Below, piece by piece: positions 59,507 to 64,000 of a DNA stretch of 64,000 bases. A model generated the notes under the pieces. That model did not search any database. It saw only the letters and a program-made list of their open reading frames with translations, and was not told the origin of the DNA. The stretch's first letter is position 1, and the number at the start of each line of letters is the position of its first letter. The position numbers and the translations under genes were made by a program. Source of the stretch: an uncultured Gammaproteobacteria bacterium (GTDB lineage: Bacteria > Patescibacteriota > Microgenomatia > UBA8517); the NCBI GenBank assembly GCA_964427735.1, contig CAYRUS010000001.1, forward strand, positions 666,756 through 730,755, in the 5' to 3' direction.

Positions 59507-60019
59507 ATGAAACGCAAAAACTTTACCATGATTCCAAATGCATTGCTAAGTGAATCTCAACTATCAGTTCCTGCAAGATATTTGCTTTGTGTACTGCACA
59601 AATATTCGTTTCAAAAGGATTATTGCTGGCCAGGACAAGAAACGTTAGGTAAGGATTTAGGATACTCAGCAAGGCATATAAGAAACCTATTAAATGAACT
59701 ATTAAAATCTGGAGTTGTTGTGTCCGAAAGATGTGGATGGAATCGCACAAATACTTACAAGTTGAGTAAGAATCTTCAGTCAACCAGAGTTGCCTCATCA
59801 AATGAGTCAAACGGCAAATCGTGCCAGAAACAGACTTCCGCTCATTTTGGAACTGTAATTCCAATCCATCAAGGAAATCCACTTCCAACTAAGAATACTT
59901 ATGGAAGTAGAAAAGAGAATAACGGAAGTTCAAAAGGACTAGAAAGTTTACGGCAAGCAATGGTTGATATAGGTCTTAAACCAAATAGCCAAATAAGGCT
60001 AGAAAAGGCTGACTTTTAG
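59507..60019 (+). CDS. Helix-turn-helix (HTH_36-type) protein, replication-initiator/regulator-like, element-borne
   Basis: N-terminal FTMIPNALLSESQLSVPARYLLCVLHKYSF...YCWPGQETLGKDLGYSARHIRNLLNELLKSGVV resembles the HTH_36 / replisome-organiser N-terminal domain common on plasmids and phages. Confidence 0.45.
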   Translation: MKRKNFTMIPNALLSESQLSVPARYLLCVLHKYSFQKDYCWPGQETLGKDLGYSARHIRNLLNELLKSGVVVSERCGWNRTNTYKLSKNLQSTRVASSNESNGKSCQKQTSAHFGTVIPIHQGNPLPTKNTYGSRKENNGSSKGLESLRQAMVDIGLKPNSQIRLEKADF

Positions 60020-60061
60020 CCTAGTATAGCGATAAAATTTATACATAGGAGAATTTAGAAA

Positions 60062-61819
60062 ATGAACTTGATATACGCACAATATTCTAGAAAGTCATCT
60101 GAGTCAAAAGAGAAACAAGCTCTGTCAATTTTTGAGCAAAATGAGGAGTGCAAAAAGGCTGTTGTTCGAGACAATTTGAAAATCGCACATATCTTTGAGG
60201 AATCGAGATCTGCATACAAACCAAATAACAGGCCAGAGTTCACACAAATGATTGAACTGATAGAGGCCAAGAAAGTAAATGCTATCTTGACCTGGAAACC
60301 AGACCGACTATGCCGCAATCCAATGGAAGGCGGACACCTTCTCCAGTTGCTACAAGATGGAAAGTTACAGGAAATTCGATCGACAGATGGTGAAAAATAT
60401 ACACAGGATTCAGATCATCTTATTTTACAGATCCATTTTGGCATGGCTAACCAATATTCCAGAAACCTGAGTAAGAATGTCAAAAGAGGCAACCATTACA
60501 TATTCCACAATAAGAAAAAATGGATTGGACCAGCTAAGCCAGGATACATCAACTACTACGATGAGGCAGCCAAAGAAAAAAAGATAGGCGTGGACGAACT
60601 AAGATTTCCACTGATCCAAAATGCTATTAAGCTCATATTGTCCGGCACTCACACTCCTATGGAAGCTTTTGACGTGCTCAATAACAAATGGAAATTTAGG
60701 TCCAGAAAACGAGGTTCACTAGGTGGCAAACCACTAGCAAAGTCTGGTTGGTATCGGATTTTGACAGATAGTTATTACTATGGCTTAATGGTTCGCACTG
60801 AAGGAGAAGTGATTGGAACACACAAGCCAATGCTCACAGAAGATGAATTTGACACGCTACAGGTAATCTTAGGACGCAAAGGCAAGCCAAGAATGGCCAG
60901 GCATGAATTTGCATATAAACATGTGCTCAAATGTGGTGAATGTGGTGGTTCTGTTACTGCTGAAGAAAAAGTGCAGATAATCTGTTCATCTTGTAAATCC
61001 AAATTTCATAAAGGCAAAGTAACCAATGCTTGTCCGCACTGTAAAATGTTGATTGAGGAGATGAAAAAGCCAACAATTCTCAAATATGTGTACTACCACT
61101 GCACCAAGCGAGTCAATAAATCTTGTACTCAAGGAAGTGTAACAATAGAAAATCTTGAGAAGAGAATAAACGAAGAACTGGATAAGTTCGAATTGAGCGA
61201 AGAATTCCGCGACTGGTGCATTGACCACTTGAATGAACTCAATGAGAAAGAAGAAGTTGATATTAAAACTATCAAAGAAAACCTCGTAAATGAGATGAAT
61301 AAATGTGATAAAGCACTTGCGAAACTTACAAGGCTCAGAATTTCAAGAGAAAACGTCTCAAATAGTGCTGAAATGGAGAAATTCTATGATGATGAAGAGA
61401 AAAGACTGCTAAAAGAGCGCAAAGACATCATGAAGCAAATTGGTACAGTCGATAAGAAACAGGAGGAGTGGTATTTCCAGTCCAAGGAGACATTTAACTT
61501 TGCTTGCACTGCCAAATATCAGTTTGAGACTGGTGACGTTAGAACCAAGACGTATATTTTGTCAAAACTTGGTTCGAACCTAACAATTCTAGATCGAAGC
61601 CTCCAAATTTCAGGCGAAAGGCCATATTTCCTAATAGAGAAAGCAAAGAAGGAGATTCAAGAGGTTGTCCTGGCGTTAGAACCTGAAGAAAAGGCCATAA
61701 TATCAAGCAATTTGCTAGCTTATGAGCCTATCAGTACTATCTTGCTGCGGAGCAGGGATTCGAACCCCAAATTCCAGTTCCAAAGACTGGCGTGTTACCA
61801 TTACACCACTCCGCAATGA
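60062..61819 (+). CDS. Large serine recombinase (resolvase catalytic domain + recombinase domain + Zn-ribbon + coiled coil)
   Basis: N-terminal LIYAQYSRKSSESKEKQALSIFEQ (catalytic Ser region) and DRLCRN motif; central recombinase domain; CGECGGSV...CSSCKSK...CPHCKM zinc ribbon; C-terminal coiled coil. 585 aa. The last 25 codons read through the antisense of tRNA-Gln. Confidence 0.8.
   Translation: MNLIYAQYSRKSSESKEKQALSIFEQNEECKKAVVRDNLKIAHIFEESRSAYKPNNRPEFTQMIELIEAKKVNAILTWKPDRLCRNPMEGGHLLQLLQDGKLQEIRSTDGEKYTQDSDHLILQIHFGMANQYSRNLSKNVKRGNHYIFHNKKKWIGPAKPGYINYYDEAAKEKKIGVDELRFPLIQNAIKLILSGTHTPMEAFDVLNNKWKFRSRKRGSLGGKPLAKSGWYRILTDSYYYGLMVRTEGEVIGTHKPMLTEDEFDTLQVILGRKGKPRMARHEFAYKHVLKCGECGGSVTAEEKVQIICSSCKSKFHKGKVTNACPHCKMLIEEMKKPTILKYVYYHCTKRVNKSCTQGSVTIENLEKRINEELDKFELSEEFRDWCIDHLNELNEKEEVDIKTIKENLVNEMNKCDKALAKLTRLRISRENVSNSAEMEKFYDDEEKRLLKERKDIMKQIGTVDKKQEEWYFQSKETFNFACTAKYQFETGDVRTKTYILSKLGSNLTILDRSLQISGERPYFLIEKAKKEIQEVVLALEPEEKAIISSNLLAYEPISTILLRSRDSNPKFQFQRLACYHYTTPQ
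61745..61815 (-). tRNA. tRNA-Gln, anticodon UUG
   Basis: Minus strand TGCGGAG-TG-GTGT-AATGGTA-ACAC-G-CCAGT-CTTTGGA-ACTGG-AATT-TGGGG-TTCGAAT-CCCTG-CTCCGCA-G; U8 present; anticodon TTG. Confidence 0.7.
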
Positions 61820-61868
61820 AATGAATGAAGCATTTGAATTTTACCAAATTTGGGTATTTTATGCTAGT

Positions 61869-62768
61869 TTATTCTGATGAAGATTCTTCCAAATCAAATT
61901 TAACAGTCTCAACTATTTTTTCTGCAGTTAAGATATTACCCTCCTCACTTGGATGAATACCATCATGATCATCAACATACTCTACCTTTCCATACTTGGA
62001 ACCGTCTTTAAGGGAAGCTTCATATGCATTTATAACCGGAACCTCTAATTCTTTGGACAAGCCAAAAACGTTTTCCATTTGCTCTAAAATCTTTAATACA
62101 TGTTTATCTGCAAAGTCTTCTGACCACACAATTCCTCCTGGACCTTTGCCAAAATTATCCTCAAGTGGGGCAATTTCTGCCATCAGATAGGTGTTTTGAG
62201 TTACTTCTTTTGCTTTTTTGATAAGTCCAGCAAGCTCGATCCAATGCTTATCGCGGTTGTGTTCGTTAAATGGATTGTAGGCAAAGCTTCCCAGGATAAT
62301 CACGTCCGGTTTTAGGTTTGAAATTGATGGGTAGCTTCTTTTACCGTTTGAGAGTCCCTTTTCAAAATACTGACCTGCATCTGTTGTTTTAGATGATCCT
62401 ATTCCATAATTGTACAATTTAAAATTTGTGTCAGGATACTTTTCTTCTAAAGCTTGTTTGAGGTAATCTAGATTTTCTCCCATGGTTTCAACCATAGAAT
62501 CACCTAGAATTGCTATGGAGTATGATTCTTTTTGTAACTGAATGCTTTCTGATGCACTTAGAACTTCCTCTGTGGTGTTGCTGATGTTTGCGATTTCTTG
62601 AACAGGGATCGGAGTTCTATTTGAGAAATTCATAATATGTGGGGGAAGGGAAGTGATTTTATTTTCATTTTCTGCTTTTTCAGCTGCGATATACAGGTTG
62701 CCCATAAAGACAAACAAAAATAAAAAAACATTGACGCTAATAAAAAAAGCAGTCAGTTTTGTCGACAT
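61869..62768 (-). CDS. SGNH/GDSL-family hydrolase (lipase/esterase-like), secreted/membrane-anchored
   Basis: N-terminal TM; GDS motif (ILGDSMVETMG), Gly and Asn blocks, DGIHPSEEG (DxxH catalytic dyad); 299 aa. Confidence 0.65.
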   Translation of the reverse strand: MSTKLTAFFISVNVFLFLFVFMGNLYIAAEKAENENKITSLPPHIMNFSNRTPIPVQEIANISNTTEEVLSASESIQLQKESYSIAILGDSMVETMGENLDYLKQALEEKYPDTNFKLYNYGIGSSKTTDAGQYFEKGLSNGKRSYPSISNLKPDVIILGSFAYNPFNEHNRDKHWIELAGLIKKAKEVTQNTYLMAEIAPLEDNFGKGPGGIVWSEDFADKHVLKILEQMENVFGLSKELEVPVINAYEASLKDGSKYGKVEYVDDHDGIHPSEEGNILTAEKIVETVKFDLEESSSE

Positions 62769-62839
62769 AATTTAATTTAACAGATTATGAAGAAAAATTT
62801 AATAGGGGTAATTTTTACAATTTTTACTGAGTTAATTGT

Positions 62840-62915
62840 GTGACTCCGGAAGGACTCGAACCTTCAACCATCAGCTTAAAAAGTCCGCCAGTTGGCGGAT
62901 CTGCCATTGAGACTT
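62840..62915 (-). other. Degenerate tRNA-Lys copy (pseudo-tRNA): exact 41-nt duplicate of the tRNA-Lys 3' half plus D-loop-like remnant, anticodon stem replaced by a CCGCCAACTGGCGG palindrome
   Basis: Plus strand TGACTCCGGAAGGACTCGAACCTTCAACCATCAGCTTAAAA occurs at 62840-62880 and again at 62944-62984. The upstream copy lacks a 5' acceptor strand able to pair with CGGAGTC. Confidence 0.6.
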
Positions 62916-62940
62916 CTAATAAGGATAGAAGTCTTTTACT

Positions 62941-63015
62941 TGGTGACTCCGGAAGGACTCGAACCTTCAACCATCAGCTTAAAAGGCTGTTGCTCTGCCA
63001 TTGAGCTACGGAGCC
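62941..63015 (-). tRNA. tRNA-Lys, anticodon UUU, CCA encoded
   Basis: Minus strand GGCTCCG-TA-GCTC-AATGGCA-GAGC-A-ACAGC-CTTTTAA-GCTGA-TGGTT-GAAGG-TTCGAGT-CCTTC-CGGAGTC-A-CCA. Confidence 0.7.
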
Positions 63016-63085
63016 GGGATTAGTTTAAAACGAGCTAAATTATCTATAAATTATAACTTATTTGGCCTTTAGCCTCAAGTTGATA

Positions 63086-63448
63086 TCACTTTGAAGTGTC
63101 TGAAAACAATTCTTGTTTTATCCTTTCAAGTTCTTTTATTAAATCTTCGAATGATTCTTCGTTTTCTTTTAATCTTTCAATGTTGCGTTCTATGGTTTTG
63201 GGAGAGATTTCTTTTTTTGCCTCTTCTTCTGTCATTTTGTATCCATATTTTCCGATCTCGTAAAATACAGGTTGATTAAAAATCAAAGAGAGAAGTGCTG
63301 CTCTTTGTTGAAGATGATAAAGCATTTCACCCATTTCTACTTTCATATATATACCAATATGTGTTTGAGTATATCGTAAAACTTTTTCGGGCTGTATTTT
63401 ATTATTTTCGATATTTTTCATATTATGGGAATTATATATTAGAAACAT
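63086..63448 (-). CDS. Hypothetical small protein, possible partner of the upstream DUF4258-like gene
   Basis: 120 aa, charged/helical C-terminus; 31-nt gap from the upstream gene. Confidence 0.3.
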   Translation of the reverse strand: MFLIYNSHNMKNIENNKIQPEKVLRYTQTHIGIYMKVEMGEMLYHLQQRAALLSLIFNQPVFYEIGKYGYKMTEEEAKKEISPKTIERNIERLKENEESFEDLIKELERIKQELFSDTSK

Positions 63449-63479
63449 TAAAAACCAAAAAATTAATCAAATATCAGAA

Positions 63480-63797
63480 TTATTTGAGTAGAAAAGTAAA
63501 TAATTTTTTTATAAAGCTTTCTGACTTTTTTCCTTTGTATTTATCTTTTTTGTCAAAAACTGGCTTACTCCAAACTGAAAGTACAATCCATTCTTTCCTT
63601 TCATTTTGCTTTGCAACTACTTCAATTTTTGTATTGCCCCAGGTTTTGTAATATACCCAGGCTCCTTTGGTGGCTGCATAGCGGCTTTGGTCAGGACGCT
63701 TCCATGTAGCCCAAGCATCACCTTGCTTAATGCCTCTTTCTTGTAGGCGTTGAATAGCATGATTTGTCCATATTATTCCACCGTAATTCCTGTCCAT
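63480..63797 (-). CDS. DUF4258-like small protein (toxin-like family)
   Basis: N-terminal IIWTNHAIQRLQERGI resembles the HAxxRmxERGI signature of DUF4258; 105 aa. Confidence 0.4.
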   Translation of the reverse strand: MDRNYGGIIWTNHAIQRLQERGIKQGDAWATWKRPDQSRYAATKGAWVYYKTWGNTKIEVVAKQNERKEWIVLSVWSKPVFDKKDKYKGKKSESFIKKLFTFLLK

Positions 63798-64000
63798 TAA
63801 GCTTATTGTGCCACAAACGAATAAACAAAAAAAAGCACCTTAGCTATGGAGGCGGAAAGGTTGTTCCCAAGCGAACTTGGTAGAACCTGACTTGCGTCTA
63901 TAAAGTTAAAGCTATAAGCAATTGACGTGGGAGAACTTACATTATAATCACATCTTAGATGGTAATGAAATCGTTGAAAATGATTTCATTAAATGTCTTA

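Larger units (their letters stand above)
49200..61744. mobile_element. Putative ~12.5 kb integrative element/genomic island inserted at the 3' end of tRNA-Gln: serine recombinase, HTH_36 protein, Xis-like HTH, composite type I R-M/Shedu-like defence operon
   Basis: Recombinase gene directly abuts the tRNA-Gln 3' end. Cargo is defence genes. Compositionally more GC-rich than flanks (by eye). Left boundary placed at the inverted/direct repeats near 49.2-49.35 kb (uncertain). Confidence 0.45.

Noticed and set aside
1-64000. CRISPR arrays, rRNA genes, reverse transcriptase/DGR signatures
   Set aside because: No regularly spaced direct repeats, no rRNA-like conserved stretches and no RT motif (YxDD) containing ORF were found.

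Overview
The window is low-GC and gene-dense, and its gene content resembles a small-genome bacterium, possibly Patescibacteria/CPR (inference only). About 48 kb is housekeeping or accessory-metabolic: PBP1A, a B12-dependent ribonucleotide reductase module (nrdR, nrdJ, pduO), trpS, ftsH, recF, mutM, pth, a P-type ATPase, a stand-alone ATP-dependent DNA ligase, a Fic protein and a large thiol-disulfide cluster (DsbA/DsbB/TrxA/TrxB).

The remainder (about 49.2-61.8 kb) looks like a horizontally acquired integrative element, although no direct att repeat was found at the far boundary. It sits against the 3' end of a tRNA-Gln and carries a large serine recombinase, an HTH_36-type protein and a small Xis-like HTH. 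Its cargo is a tightly overlapping type I restriction-modification operon in the order hsdM, Zn-ribbon/DUF4145 gene, hsdS, DUF4263 (Shedu-like) PD-(D/E)xK nuclease gene, hsdR, NucS-like nuclease gene. This composite defence operon is the most interesting feature.

Other notable items:
- tRNA-Ile with anticodon UAU next to two CAU tRNAs.
- An inositol-monophosphatase pseudogene with an internal deletion, lying between the tRNA-Ile and a tyrosine recombinase.
- A VirD4/HerA-like membrane ATPase.
- A frameshifted small gene.
- A tRNA-Lys with an adjacent degenerate 3'-half copy.
- Candidate NrdR boxes upstream of nrdR.
- A 3'-truncated CDS running off the left edge that the ORF track missed.

Functional calls come from motifs read by eye and remembered family signatures; no database searches were run.
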